From: Azolla caroliniana
Taxonomy: Eukaryota > Plantae > Polypodiophyta
Length of the DNA: 64,000 nt
Reading direction: 5' to 3'
NCBI GenBank assembly: GCA_043228905.1
Contig: JBHGNT010000005.1
Coordinates: 22,382,001 to 22,446,000, forward strand
Made by a program: the position numbers and the translations under genes. The notes under the pieces were generated by a model. The model was not told the DNA's origin and searched no databases. It was given only the letters and a program-made list of their open reading frames with translations. Positions 26,345 through 39,151 of the stretch are shown one piece after another. The number at the start of each line of letters is the position of its first letter. Position 1 is the first letter of the stretch.

Positions 26345-28310
26345 TCGCTTATACACTAAAGAGCTTAAAAGCAGTCAAAGTAAAGATTGTAAATTTGTAG
26401 TGTGATGTCTCTAAGTTGCAGATAATCAAATAGAGATTGCCTGAGGGATTGCTTAAAGAAGCTAACTTCATGTAATTGGTTTCGATCAAAGACCTTATTA
26501 TTGCGGGTTGTCCAAATGGTTCAAAGTGCCCAAAATCGTGTCCATTGGAGAAAATAGGCATTGTTGTATAGGGTGCATGGAATTTGTCCAAATATTCAAA
26601 AGTTTTTACCAAACCTTCGACGAGGAAATTTGTGATAAAGAGATGCACTTAGTCTTTGTACAAATGTCTTAGTGAATGAGCAAGTTCGTAATAAGTGTGG
26701 GACCATTTCCAATCGTCCACCACATCTTGCATAATGTGGTGAGGCTATCGATCTCTTTTGAAGATTCGACCTAGTCGGTAGCACACCCAATAGATATCTC
26801 CATAGGAATACTCGTTGCTTAAGTGGAAGACCATAGCTCCATAAGCTTGTAAGCTTGTTTTTTCCACCAGGACTGCGTTTTGTGTAGGTTCCATAATGCA
26901 TTTGCATGTTTGTGAAATCATGGGACAGGTTGCAACAACATATACACTAAATGTGTTGTAATATTATGCATTGGAACAACAATGTTCCCTTTTTGTAACA
27001 TCCAATCTTGAATCCTACGATCTCCATCTAGAGGTGGCACAAGTACTAAGGAAAGTACCAACTTTGTGACTTGATTCCAGATAACGCGATGATGTGGCCT
27101 AAGAATATAATGACATGTCATGTCATTGAAGTGCAATAAGTGACCTTGGTCATTTACCACATCTGCAATTTATTTCAGACCCTTCTTTGCTAAAACATAA
27201 CCTTTCCTAGGCTCTTGTTCAGCTAGTGATTGTGGGAATATAACACTCCAATGTAAGCTTTCTAGGCGTAAAGAGTTCCCTGATTCTGAATTCTTACCTC
27301 TCCATTTTGTGTGGTGCAATACTTCTTTCCAGTGCTTTAGAAGCTTTGAACTAAACATACATCCTTTGATGTGCCCGTCAAGCTTTCCAAACACTACATC
27401 CCAATGATTAGTATCCCATGAGCCAAATGACTTGGTTTTCAAATGATCAAACATATCAGCTAGCATTCTTGCCCAAGGCAATGTTTTTTCAACAAATTTT
27501 GGCAATAACGTAGCTTTTCTAGCCAACGTATGCAAATGCAAATTAAGAATATTTAGTCCTCCAGTCAATCGTGGAGTGCATATCTTCTCTAGTGATTGGA
27601 GTCGTATACCTCTATGTGACTGCTTAGAGCACCAAAAGTGGCTTATGATTTCTGAGTTAATCATTTGTATCGTGTGTTTCGGCCAATCGAATCATAAATA
27701 AGTAATATTGCATGTAAACCATGAATATAGATTGCATGATCCTCAATCCGACATGGAGTGGCCATGTTGCAATCTTCCAATAGCTTAGCTTTTGTCTCAC
27801 TTTTTGCAGGACCCATTCAACCTTTCTTTTCCTTGTTGCATTCCATCCCCATGGATAAATTTTCTTTTTCTACCTTCTACTGATTTATAAGACATATTTC
27901 TTTTACTGCAAATGATTTTCTATCGAGTGTACTTTCTACTACCTAGGCACAACAAAGTTGGACTCAAGGTGAATAAGAAGTAGAACTACATGCGTACTTG
28001 TTTCTACATATGTACAACTTTGAATTGGACAAATCCATTTTGTTTTTTTGTATCCTTCAACCAATGTAGAGTGGATTCACCGACTTTGAATTAGTGCAAT
28101 TTTGAATTTCTTAGATAGATTAGAGAACATTTTGCATACTCCCAAAGTTTATGGATATGGAGCATTGATATTATGTTCAAGTGTACAAACTCAATACCAA
28201 CATTGAATTTGTCCTCGGGAGGCCAAATACATGGAACCCAAAAGCATTTAGAGCCATAGAAAACTTTTAAGAAAATTGAGTTATTTGGCCCTAGACAAGA
28301 CATTTCTAAC
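26345..28310 (-). mobile_element. degenerate L1-type LINE ORF2 3' portion (RT C-terminus plus zf-RVT)
   Basis: ICTPRLTGGLNI (27170-27664) and LWRYLLGVLPTRSNLQKR...ARCGGRLEMVPHLLRTC (26596-26907) are typical plant L1 ORF2 motifs; many stops and frameshifts. Confidence 0.8.
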
Positions 28311-30200
28311 GTTGTTAGTTATATAGTACATACGAATATGAGTTGTTGGCAAGCTTGACCCAATGTTGTCACACTATGTTGGGATTTATCTAATATATTG
28401 AGTGGAATTTGTGAAAATTTTGGGTTGTAATTAATATTCTAACCTTAATGCTCCTTTTTCGTTGTTACCAATAGGAGAGTATTTCTTCAACCTTTTGCCT
28501 ACTTATAGAAATCTAGTTTTTAGAAATGCGTTGTATTGGGAGTGAGTGACCTCAAAGCAAGGTAAAAAACCACAAAGAAGATTTAAGACATGTGAGTAAA
28601 AAAATGTTTACAAAACTTAGACATAACACAAAAGGATCATAAAAAATAAAAGCCAAATAAGTCAGTCACCCAAAATGTTGGTCTGTACAAATGGTTCAAG
28701 GTGTCCATAGAGCTAGTATCAAACCCATGCAAAATTATAATAATGTATTGAAGGTTCCATGCTAAAAAGCCAAGGAGCAAAAGGAGCTTCAAAAATCATC
28801 AATTGTATTTGGTAGTGTAGGCAATTATTGAAAGCATTCATAATGCTAGTATAAAACTAATGCAAAAATGACGGCTAAGAAGGATCCAAGGTGCCATGAG
28901 AAAATGCCAAAGAGCGAAAGGAACTTTACGGATAGATGGAGAAGGCGGAATTTGTAAGTATACACAAGGAGTAACTTGATGCAAAAAAGCACTTTACAGG
29001 GACAAGTCTAGAGAAGATGAAGAAAGGTTTGATTTGCTTGTCCAAACAGACATTCGTCAAGTGGCATGATCATAACAACATGGTAGGAAGAAAAATCCAA
29101 AGTAGACATCGCTAGGTGAAAAGATGTTTCTTTATTAGGCAACATATTCTTCCCTACCCCTTTGACTTGTCATTTCAACCAAAGTGAGTGATCTTTTGCT
29201 CACCATCACACACATCATTGACCAAATATGGTTCAAAGTGCAAATCCCACAGACAATCCTTTAGCTTATAGAGGCAATAAAGGCCAGCTAGGACTTTGAA
29301 ACTACACTAAAATGGTTGGCCTTTTACTTCTGCTGACATCATACACTGACCTTGAAGGTGCGCATTTCCTTGAAAATGGAGGCATGAGGGTATCGTCCAA
29401 CACAAGTTGTCGAAATCTCACGACACACAAGCTTATGGTGTAAGTGAGTATTGCATATGAGAAGGATGAACATATGCCCACAGTCAAGGACATACACAAA
29501 ATTTTCTTCTCTCTTAATGTGAGCTTACCTTCCATGCAACAAGCTAGTAAACTATATCAAAGCATCTTTGTTAACACTATATGTCAATTATCCTAAACCA
29601 CATGTCACATCTGAGTGTCGAACCAACGACTTTGTAAACTAGCAACACGAGGTCCACACACACATATTTGCGACATTCATTCGTATATGACTTATCCTGG
29701 AACTATATGCAAAATCGGTGGTCTCGAACTAACAGCCTCTGGCTTGTCTCCAAAAACGAACCGACACAACCATCGCAACTATAGCCCGATAACACAAACG
29801 CACACACACGTGTCACAAAGATCTAAGGGAACCACACGGCATACTGCCAAGGTGTGGTAGGAAAGGTTTGTGGTGTGGCAAGGCCACCATGGCGTTATGC
29901 TTCATCTCTTCTTCTTCTTCATCTTTCTCTCTATGTCTATGTCTATGTCTATGTCTCTTTGTCTTTAGTACCTCCTGGCCTTCCCTTTTAAGTAATATTT
30001 TTATTATTAACTCCACTCTTCCCCTCTTTCCCTTTATAGCTCATTTTGTTTTGCTCGTGTTTTGCTTCTTTTCCTTTACCCCCCCCCCCACATATGCAAA
30101 AGAAAATCAAGCCAAATCACTTCCATTCATCACTTTGCTGCTACTATCTTTTACTTTTAACTACTACTACTACTACTACTAATACCATTTCTAGCTAGCT

Positions 30201-32541
30201 ATGGTGAAGCCTGGCAAATGGTTGAAGAGCTTCCTTGACCTAGGCAGAAAATCAGACCATATCCATGATGATGATGATGATGATCCAGACAAACTTGCCA
30301 ATAATCCCAAGCTCTCTCACCTCCATACCTCCGATGAAATCAAACCTCCGCCTCGCAGCAGGTGGCGGTATCGATACTGGGCCTTCGGTCTTTGGCTGAA
30401 ACCCCGGGCCCAAACACCCCTTCAATCCTCCGCCGCCACAGTCCCCGCCGATGGATCTTCGGATCAGGAGAAGCACGCAATTGCGGTTGCCGCAGCCGCC
30501 ACATCCATAGCCGCCGAAGCGGCCTTCACTGCGGCACGGGCGGCTTCCGCTGTCGTGAGCCTCACCTCGAATGGCCATGGCCGGCCGAGGATGAGTGGCC
30601 GCGCACTGGCTCGCAAGACGAGCCTCGTGAATGTGAGATATCAAGCGGCCGTCAGAATCCAGACTGCCTTCCGTGGATACTTGGTACACTATCTAAGTGA
30701 CTGTATAAATTGAAAGGATGTGAATTTCATTTGTTCTGATTGATCCATGAATTTTGAGACATGTGTTCTGATTGATCCATGAATTTTGGGATATGTGTTC
30801 TGTTGGATCCATGAAATATTCATGTGTGCTGATTGTTGTTCGATCCATGAATTTTCATGTGTTCTCATCGATCCATGGTTTTCATTCATATGTGGTCTGA
30901 TCGATCCATGAATTTCATTCATATATGTTCTGATCGATCCATGAATGTCAGTCATATATGCTCTTGATCGATCCATGAATATCATTGATATATGCTCTGA
31001 TGGATCCCATGAATTTTCATGTGCACTGATCGATATGTCAGGAATACGATTGAAATTTGATGAAAGATCGGAGAGCACCACATAATTTGAATCTTCCGGA
31101 CTGTCTGTGCAGGCTCGGCGGGCGCTGCGGGCATTGAAAGGCCTGGTGAAGCTGCAGGCATTGGTGAGGGGCCACATGGTTCGGAAGCAGGCGGCCAGCA
31201 CGCTGAGATGCATGCAGGCGCTGGTGCGAGTCCAGGCGCTGGTGAGGGCGCGCCGCGTCCGTATGTCGGAGGAAGGCCAGGCCGTACAGCGCCGCCTCCT
31301 GAATCGCCGCCGCCACCACCACCACCACCATCGCCGGAGGCACCAACAGCAGGACAGCCGCCCCAGGAGATCAGCAGTGAGTAGGAACCCCCCCACACTC
31401 AATCGTGGTTAGCCACATCTCCATTAATCTCTCATCTCTCTGCTTAATTTCCTGCCTTTTCTACTGTGATCAGGACCACTGGATCGCCGCCGCCTCCGCC
31501 ACCGCCGCCGCCGATGAGGAAGCCGATTCAGCCAAATCCTCCACCGCCTGGCTTGACCGCTGGATCGCCGCCCGCCCCTCCTTCGACAGCCACGCCATAG
31601 CTAACCGCCGCCATTTGGACCAATTCAACAATTTCCCGGCCAAAATCGTGGAGATGGACACCGGCCGGCCAAGCTCCGCCGCCTCCGCCGCCGCCGCCGT
31701 GGGGCAGGCGAAAAGGCGTAACAGCATCGCCGTGAACGGGCGGTGCATGTCAGAAGCAGGCAGCTCCATCCATCCAGCCAGCACAGCGTCAACGACGCCG
31801 CAGGCGTTCAGCCCTTTCGCGGCGGCGGCGGCGGCGCGGCCTGCGGGTGGGCGGGCGAGCTATGGCGCGGGGCTAGCTAAGCCGCATACGAGCAGCTGCC
31901 CGAGCCCGAGTGTCTCAGACAGAGCGGCGGCGGCGGCGGCGGCGACGATTCACGAGCCTCCAGCGGCGAATGGAGGTCGAAGTGTACGACCACCAACGGC
32001 GGCGATGGCGGATCTGGCGGCGGAGGAGATGGAGGATTGCAGCCCGAGGTGTAGGCACAGCGAATGGAGCGCAGGAGGGAGGGTGAGCGGCGGATTAAAG
32101 GAGAGGCCATTGGAGGTGGTGGGAGACAACTTGTCGATGACGGAGGAGGAGGAGGAGGAGGAGGTGGAGGAGCAGGAGGAGCAGCAGCAGGAGTTGGGCA
32201 GGGCGGCGGCGAGGAGGTACATGGCGGCGACGGAGTCGGCGAGGGCGAAGGTGGTGAGGTCGCAGAGCGCGCCGAAGCAGCGGTGGAGCCATGGCGGCGG
32301 CGTTAGAGATGCCGCTAACTATAGTAGTAATAATAATAAGAGGAGGCTGTCTCAGGAGGGGCTGGGAGGGGCGGCGCTGCAGAGATCTTCGTCTCAGCTG
32401 AGATCCGCCACCGTCAGACAGGCGGCGCCGCCAACTCCGCCACCGCCGGTTCGGCGGCAGGAGCGCGCCTCCGTTTCACACCGTGAAACGGCCGGCCAGG
32501 CAGCGGCCATCAACGGCTATTTCCGGCGCTCCTTCACATAA
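30201..32541 (+). CDS. IQD: IQ67-domain calmodulin-binding protein with C-terminal DUF4005, 3 exons
   Basis: Exons 30201-30683, 31113-31376, 31474-32541. N-terminus [11 protein letters not shown]; [11 protein letters not shown] motif; IQ67 [13 protein letters not shown]|[21 protein letters not shown]...MQALVRVQA with the conserved phase-0 intron; [22 protein letters not shown]. Confidence 0.95.
30715..31035. repeat. degenerate ~28-37-bp minisatellite (core GATCCATGAA) in IQD intron 1
   Basis: About 9 units of (T/C)GATCCATGAA-TTTTCA(T)-...-TGTTCTGAT. Confidence 0.85.
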
Positions 32542-34026
32542 TTGTTTGTAGTGTTGTCTTTCTTTTTCTTTTTTATTTAAAAAAAAAAAGGGCACCCATC
32601 ATTTTTTCTAATTTTTATTTTTTTCGCTTTAATTCAAAAAAGAAAAAGAAAAAATTTTAAAAACAGACTTCAAAAAGAGCTAAAGCAAAAAAAAAAGGAA
32701 AGGGGAAATTTTTATTCCAATTCAAATTCGAATTTTCATTTCAAAAGATTTGGAAACATTTAGGGCGGGTGGGAACTCTCGAGAGGCCCATCTTGTGTCC
32801 GTGTCCACGTCGGCATCAGCTTCGGGTCCCCCCTCCCCAAACACACCTTCCATCGATTCAATTCGTTCTGTCTAATCTTTTTGTCCGGCGGAACTTCCAG
32901 CGCTCGGAAATGAACAATTTTAGAATAAGCCAGCTTAGCATGCCAGACTCTGCTCGTTGCCAGGCCTATGATGGTATATTCTATGGCGTTCGATGTTTAG
33001 ACATGAAATGTCGGTATGTATACATATATTCATTGTATCTCGGGCGAAATGGAATCATCTTATTATATGCTTTATGTCTACGCGCAAAGCTTTTGTATCA
33101 GTCATCGTTTGTTTGTGCCATGTCAATGCAATAGCCATTGTTCTATCAAACATCCAAGAGTTATGTGCTATAGATCGTACATGCCCTCATATATATTTAT
33201 GCCTTCACAAATATTGTTGAGCAATATAAATGCATGATCGATAATTTTCGAGAGCCAACATTTGAATAGATGGAGGAGAAACTAATCTCTCACTCTTACA
33301 AGTAATACGAAATATTTGCTTAGCATATTGATGATATAGTGTAGAGTTGCCCTTCATAGATCATCGATTGTGCATTTCGAAGGCTAAAATAATTCATCAC
33401 TTGGTTACAAGCAATATATATTATTTTACTCGAAAGGGGAGGCCAAGAGGTAAAGGAGGAGGATCTTATTGTCATGACAAACTCATACCAAATGTGGAAA
33501 CCCCATGAATTGATGAAATGGCTACTCTCTAAAAAATAACTGAAGCCTTGAAACTTTACATGAACAACATGACTCCAACTTGGAGATGAAGTTGGGTTCT
33601 TTACTTTGTTCGATAAATTGATGCTCTACATGTTTGTTTCCAAGATTTACAAGTGTCCATCTTGAACGAAATAAGGATTCCACGTACCGAACACGGTGCA
33701 TGACTAACACACATCATGTCTTGTTGTATGGTTTATGTGACATTCCAAAATTATTGAATTACACAAGATCTTGTTAACTTTTGTAATATTGTCTTGAACA
33801 TTGTCTCGAAATATTTACCTGAGTAAATATCAAGATTGTTATACATCATGTAACAATAATGTGTTGAAAAACTAAGTGTATAGCATTCAGGTTGCATATA
33901 CACAACAAAATCCAATATTCATTTTGAATTCAATGTGAATTGAGGATTATACCTGCACACAAATTAACACTTGATGGAGCTAGTCCTTTGAATCTTGATC
34001 ACTATCTGACAAGCCAAAAGGCTTTT

Positions 34027-37000
34027 TTACTTGCATAATTCTAAGCATAGTTGTTTAATGGTGGTGGACGTATATACGCCTGAATATATTTGTGATCTGT
34101 CGTTTGCCTCACATGTCAACATCATAGTAGTTCCACTCATCATATACTGTTAGATAAGATAAAGGATATATTGATGTTACTCACGACCCTTTAAAAAGAG
34201 AATGTGGAAAGGCATGCCTTGTCACAAGTATATAGTTCTACAACTTAGGAACAATAAACTGTAAGTAGTAGTACGCATTCTATTTATTTTAACATGTTCA
34301 AAATATATTTGTCTTGTATATTCAACTATCCCATCGAAATTTGGGGTTTAATATCCATGTTCGAATTGCTTTTTGAAACCAAGAAAAGTTTCTAAAGACT
34401 ATCTCTGCTCCAGAAAACAAAGCGTTTATATCTTATTATCCATAAGAAACCTGCCTTGAACATAGACAATGTTTTCAAGGAATCAATTAAAAACCCTTGG
34501 GTTCTTTCTCGTTCACTCATCCTACCAAGGTTCAAATGGGTTCTATTTATGGGTTTGAAGGCCCTATAGATAATTGAGATGTAGGCTCCTTTCTCAAAAT
34601 CTATCAACCATTTCAACCTTAACTAATTTTGTTATGTGTTTCAAGCTATGGTTAGAAAACATCTATCTAGCTTGCTACATCTATACCTGTAACCCCCAAT
34701 TGTGGTTGTAGCTTGGTTGGATATGTTTCTCGATGATGTAGCTTTGGGGAATGAATTGTCCTTTTTGTTCCATAACACGTGCAAAACGGTAAGACATTTG
34801 AATGAGTGCTTACTTTCATTCTCATTTCTAGTTTGAACAAGGGATAAGATTTCAATAGTTGGGAAATCGTGAGATGCCAAGGTATAGATGATATCATAAC
34901 CATGTTACTCTTTGTTTTTGAAGGTTGTATTTACTAGACTTACTTCAAAAGAGAATACCTAAGTTACGTGGTGGTAGACCTCATTGCCAAGGCTAATTAA
35001 TGTTTTTTTTACTCATTAACTATAAAATGTTCAAACTCTTGGAAGTTTGGAGGAGGGAATCAATAACATGTTTATTTTCCGAACAATAGATTACTATAAT
35101 CGAACATGTGAAAAGTGCCATAGTTTAATGCCTTGCACATAGTCACGTATTAAAGATTAATTGCTAAGCTTTACAACATACCTTACAAACTGTTGCACTG
35201 TCACCACATTTCCAATGCGAGCTTTGAACACAACTAAAATTGCGACACCATGAGCAATTTTCATTTGCATTTACTCCCTTGAATGCGAGAACCATGAGAA
35301 TGAGGTATCTAACACAGGAGACCATCAAATCAAAGAGATTCAAAAAATTAAACTATACACTACAATGCTACATACATTTTTTTCTATCGAAATAATCAAG
35401 CATACAATATAAATCCTACAATTAATTTCATAGAAAGTATAGAATTATTTCGATAATGAACTTACAATATCACTAGAACGATGACCATTGTAGCCCATAG
35501 AAAGGTTTTGCAAACTTTGTAATTAATATCGTAATTGAAATCCGTCACACGATTACTTATTGGGCTTGATTGGTAGATTGACCAATCCCAATGGTCTGTT
35601 CGAAAGAATGCATAGCCCAATAACATACCAAAAATGAAGCCTCCAACGTGCGAAAAATTTCCAACATGAGGAAACAACCCGATGATAAAGAGGAGTGTCG
35701 CCATGATCCCAAGTGTCATAAATGTCGGAGCCTGAAACAATTGTGAACATTTTTTTTAAGATAAGTGTAAATATTGTGGTGGTTTGTAATAAAAATAGAG
35801 TGCAAGCGTGCTACAATGTAGTTGTTATATAGACTAAGCATATTTGGGGAAACAAAAATGTAGTGAATTTTGTATGATTGTGTGTATGTATGTCATGCAA
35901 AGTGCTTCTTAAGTTTTTACTAGAGTGAAGCGTGGAAACCCACAATTTAGAAAGGATAAAAATCTTGGAGCTAACAACTATGTGTGCATGTTTCCATACA
36001 TAGGCTAGAATATTTAAGAATGTTTTAATTAGTTACTAACTTACTAATATGTGACTATCTTTAGCTATTTTAGATACCAAATACTTATTAGTGCATAACA
36101 TGCTTTTATATGAGGAAAGTGAGATTTAATTGATCCATTATCACACATTGCCCATTAGACGCTATGTGTTGTGCCTCTTCACAAGAAAGGCTAACAAACA
36201 TGTCAAGAACTTCCTTGTCACTCGCAACAAATGTGTGCGCCATTAGCTAACTCCTTGGGCTCTATATTATGATTTAGAACTACATTTAAGTTCCATCACC
36301 AAGAAGAAAAATGAAGCACGTGCGTTATAGAAAAGGAAAGACATTGAATTATGAGTATGACAGCAGGGTTGGAAACCCACGTGCATTCTTTACTATTCAA
36401 AGGGAGTAACAAAGGAATACTAGTCTAAAAGTGTTGAAAATCATCTTCCCTTCATGTTTCGACTACTTCGGAACAATTTCCCATTAAACCAAATACCGGT
36501 AGGGTTGGAGAAACCCACTTGCATTCTTTACAATTCAAAAGGAGTAACAAAGGAATACTAGTGTAGGAGTGTTGAAAATCACCTTCCCTTCATGTTTTGA
36601 CCAATTCGGAACAATTTCAGAAACAATAGCTCCCATTAAACCAAATAATGCACCAGAGGAACCCACTGAAACACGATTTTCGATGAACAATGTTGAAAAC
36701 AAACTGCCACCAATGCCTGATAAGAAGTAGACACATCCAACTCTCCCTATAATATTATGAAATATGTATCATATTTTCAACAAATATACAATTGACAATT
36801 CTAAAGGAAGTGTGAGCGAAAATGAGAACACTCACATGAACCAAATTCTTGCTCTAGCCTAATGCCTAGAAATAGGAGGCTTAGAAGGTTCACAATCAAG
36901 TGCACAACACCTGCATGAAGCCAAAGACAACTAAAAGGACGCCAAAGTTGATGCCCTTGAGCAACTTTGCTTGATGATATCCCCCCCATTGTAGATAACC

Positions 37001-39151
37001 TAAAGAGTGAAAAACATAAGAACTTGTTATTTCGCATTTATTGACTCGCATATTGCATGCAAAATCACCTACTCATAGCACCGTTAAAGGCTTGCTATGA
37101 TAACTAGGAGAGAGACACCAAGTATTTCACTAGCCTTGTAAATGCTTCTTAACATCAATTTCTAGATTAAAATTGATCATTGATATGGTTGGAGATTTAA
37201 TCAATGTACAACTTGAAGGTTTCCATCTTAATGCCCTTCCGAGTTTTTTACAACTTTATCCCGAGACAACTTCTAGGGACATGGATTCGTAACTCATCTA
37301 ATGATGGCTTTCTCATCTTATCCATTCTTTTCAATCCTTTTATGGGGACATGGCTCTCAATAAACTTAAAATGTATGTCCATTATTGCTAGTCCTATGGA
37401 GAAGTGTCCTAGATGGTAGCGGATTTTGCATTCAAGCTTGTTTAGTAATTTCTTCTAAGTTTTCTTGTTAGCCTTTCCTATGGCCTATATAGTACTAAAG
37501 CACAAATTTTGTGTGCCACTCAATTGTATGAAAACACAAACTGTGTGTAGCATTGACTTATAAAAAACTCAAGGTGTTTCCATTGATTGTAGCGCATTAG
37601 TTCCAAATGAACCTAACACGCAATTTCTTGAGCCATATCATTATGATAGAATTACCAAATGTGAAGATGCCATATGCTATAATGGAGTTGATTGAGCCTA
37701 TGAAAATTGTAATTTGACAATAATTAGTGAGGCCATTTGTGTGTGTCTTGTGGTTTATGGTTTAGAAGCGATATATTTCCAACCCATATAATTGGCAGTA
37801 ATTCCATTCTATGTAAATTTGTTAAGCTCATGAATATGTTGTTTGGATCTTTGGATATGTTACATTTGCAAGGAACGAAACAGTGATTAAGAATCAATTG
37901 CTTCTATATGAAAATGTTAGATAAGCAAGGAATGAAGTAGTGATTAAGAATCAATTGCTTGACTAAAAAATGTTAGATTTGTGAGGACCTGCTTGTATTA
38001 TCTATAAAGGATGGAAATGTTTTTATCTTTGAAAATTGCTGATTTGCAATAGAAGAGGGCCATGTGTGCATGCATGCTTTAGTGCATAAAATTGCAATTG
38101 ACAAGGATAATCAACACGTTTGAGCTTGACATGTGATTAAGAATCAATTTAGTTCATATTCCCACTATATGTTTGCTTATTTAATATGCCAATCTCCTAG
38201 CTATAGGATCTCCTATGATTGTAAAGCAAACTAAGCCTAGTGACCATAACCACGTTCCAATGTCTTCCCTCGAGTCTTTGAGGACAACAAACAACTACTA
38301 TGAGACAATCTTATCACACATTACTTGATGTCGCTATTAGAATCTTAATTAACCTTAATAAGCGTCCCATCTTATTAATTAAGATTCTAACAATCAACCC
38401 CCTAGAGAGTGCCACTCTCGCAATCTTAGCCTCATGAGCTCATGGCTAAGTCTCGAGCTAGGGCATCCTTCCCCAAGATGAGGAGAGTTGAGCCTCCCTA
38501 TATAAGAGACCACACATTCGGGTCATGTCGCCACGTGTCCATCCCAACATCATCCACCAGTATGTTCCCAAGTTAGGTGCCCTCCTTCATCTAACCTTAA
38601 TAAGTGTCCCATCTTATTAATTAAGATTCTAACAATCACCCCCCTAGAGAGTGCCACTCTCGCAATCTTAGCCTCATGAGCTCATGGCTAAATCTTGAGC
38701 TAGGGCATCCTTCCCCAAGATGAGGAGAGTTGAGCCTCCCTACATAAGTGACCACACATTCGGGTCATGTCGCCACTTGTCCATCCCAACATCATCCACC
38801 AGTATGTTCCCAAGTTAGGTGCCCTCCTTCATAACATGGACACACACACACACACACACACAAAGAAAGAAAGAAAGGTCAATAAACACAACACAACATG
38901 AGAGAGAGAGAGAGAGCTCACGCGGCGGCAGAGGGGCCGACAAGCGGGTTATCATAGAGCGGCTCGAATGAGAGGCGGCCGAGCGAGGAGAGTGTGCACG
39001 CGCCGCCATTGTGGACGGGGCAATTGTTGACATACATAGTCACCGCAAATAGTAAGAAGTTGATGGTAACTATAATGGGGATAAGCATCGAATGCCCCCG
39101 TGGTCCTTCTTGGCCCAACCATAAGATTGCATTCCTAGTCTTCATCAACAT
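34027..39151 (-). CDS. RBL: rhomboid-like intramembrane serine protease (plant RBL secretase type), 6 exons
   Basis: Exons 39151-38922, 36999-36836, 36746-36583, 35731-35466, 35308-35182, 34146-34027, GT-AG and in frame. Motifs TMYVNNCP, DNPLVGPS, WRPFSCLWLHAGVVHL, RLEQEFG, SVGSSGALFGL (catalytic Ser), NFSHVGG (catalytic His), CSWC..FSCV..SHWKC, LTC...KQLCLELC. Confidence 0.92.
36365..36647. repeat. ~135-bp tandem duplication spanning the rhomboid exon 3/intron 3 boundary
   Basis: AGGGTTGG..ACCCAC.TGCATTCTTTAC...CCATTAAACCAAATA is present twice. Confidence 0.85.
38335..38832. repeat. 242-bp near-identical tandem repeat with LTR/TRIM-like signals in rhomboid intron 1
   Basis: Units start at 38350 and 38592. 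The minus strand reads AGGGGG(T)TGAT-TGTTAGAATC... (PPT-like tract followed by a TG start) and has a TATA-like CTTATATAGG in the left unit. A 16-bp inverted repeat lies at 38337-38352/38375-38390. Confidence 0.75.

Noticed and set aside
30715-31035. CRISPR-like repeat/spacer appearance
   Set aside because: The spacers are homologous to one another, the repeat core is only ~10 nt, there are no cas genes, and it lies in a spliceosomal intron.
31470-32306. overlapping alternative-frame and antisense ORFs in IQD exon 3
   Set aside because: By-products of GC-rich trinucleotide repeats (GCG/GAG/CAG) encoding poly-Ala, poly-Glu and poly-Gln.
10947-39151. functional defence/signalling gene cluster (inhibitor, kinase, VQ, IQD, rhomboid)
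   Set aside because: Unrelated large families 1.6-8 kb apart, with no shared regulatory element visible. Co-location alone is not evidence.
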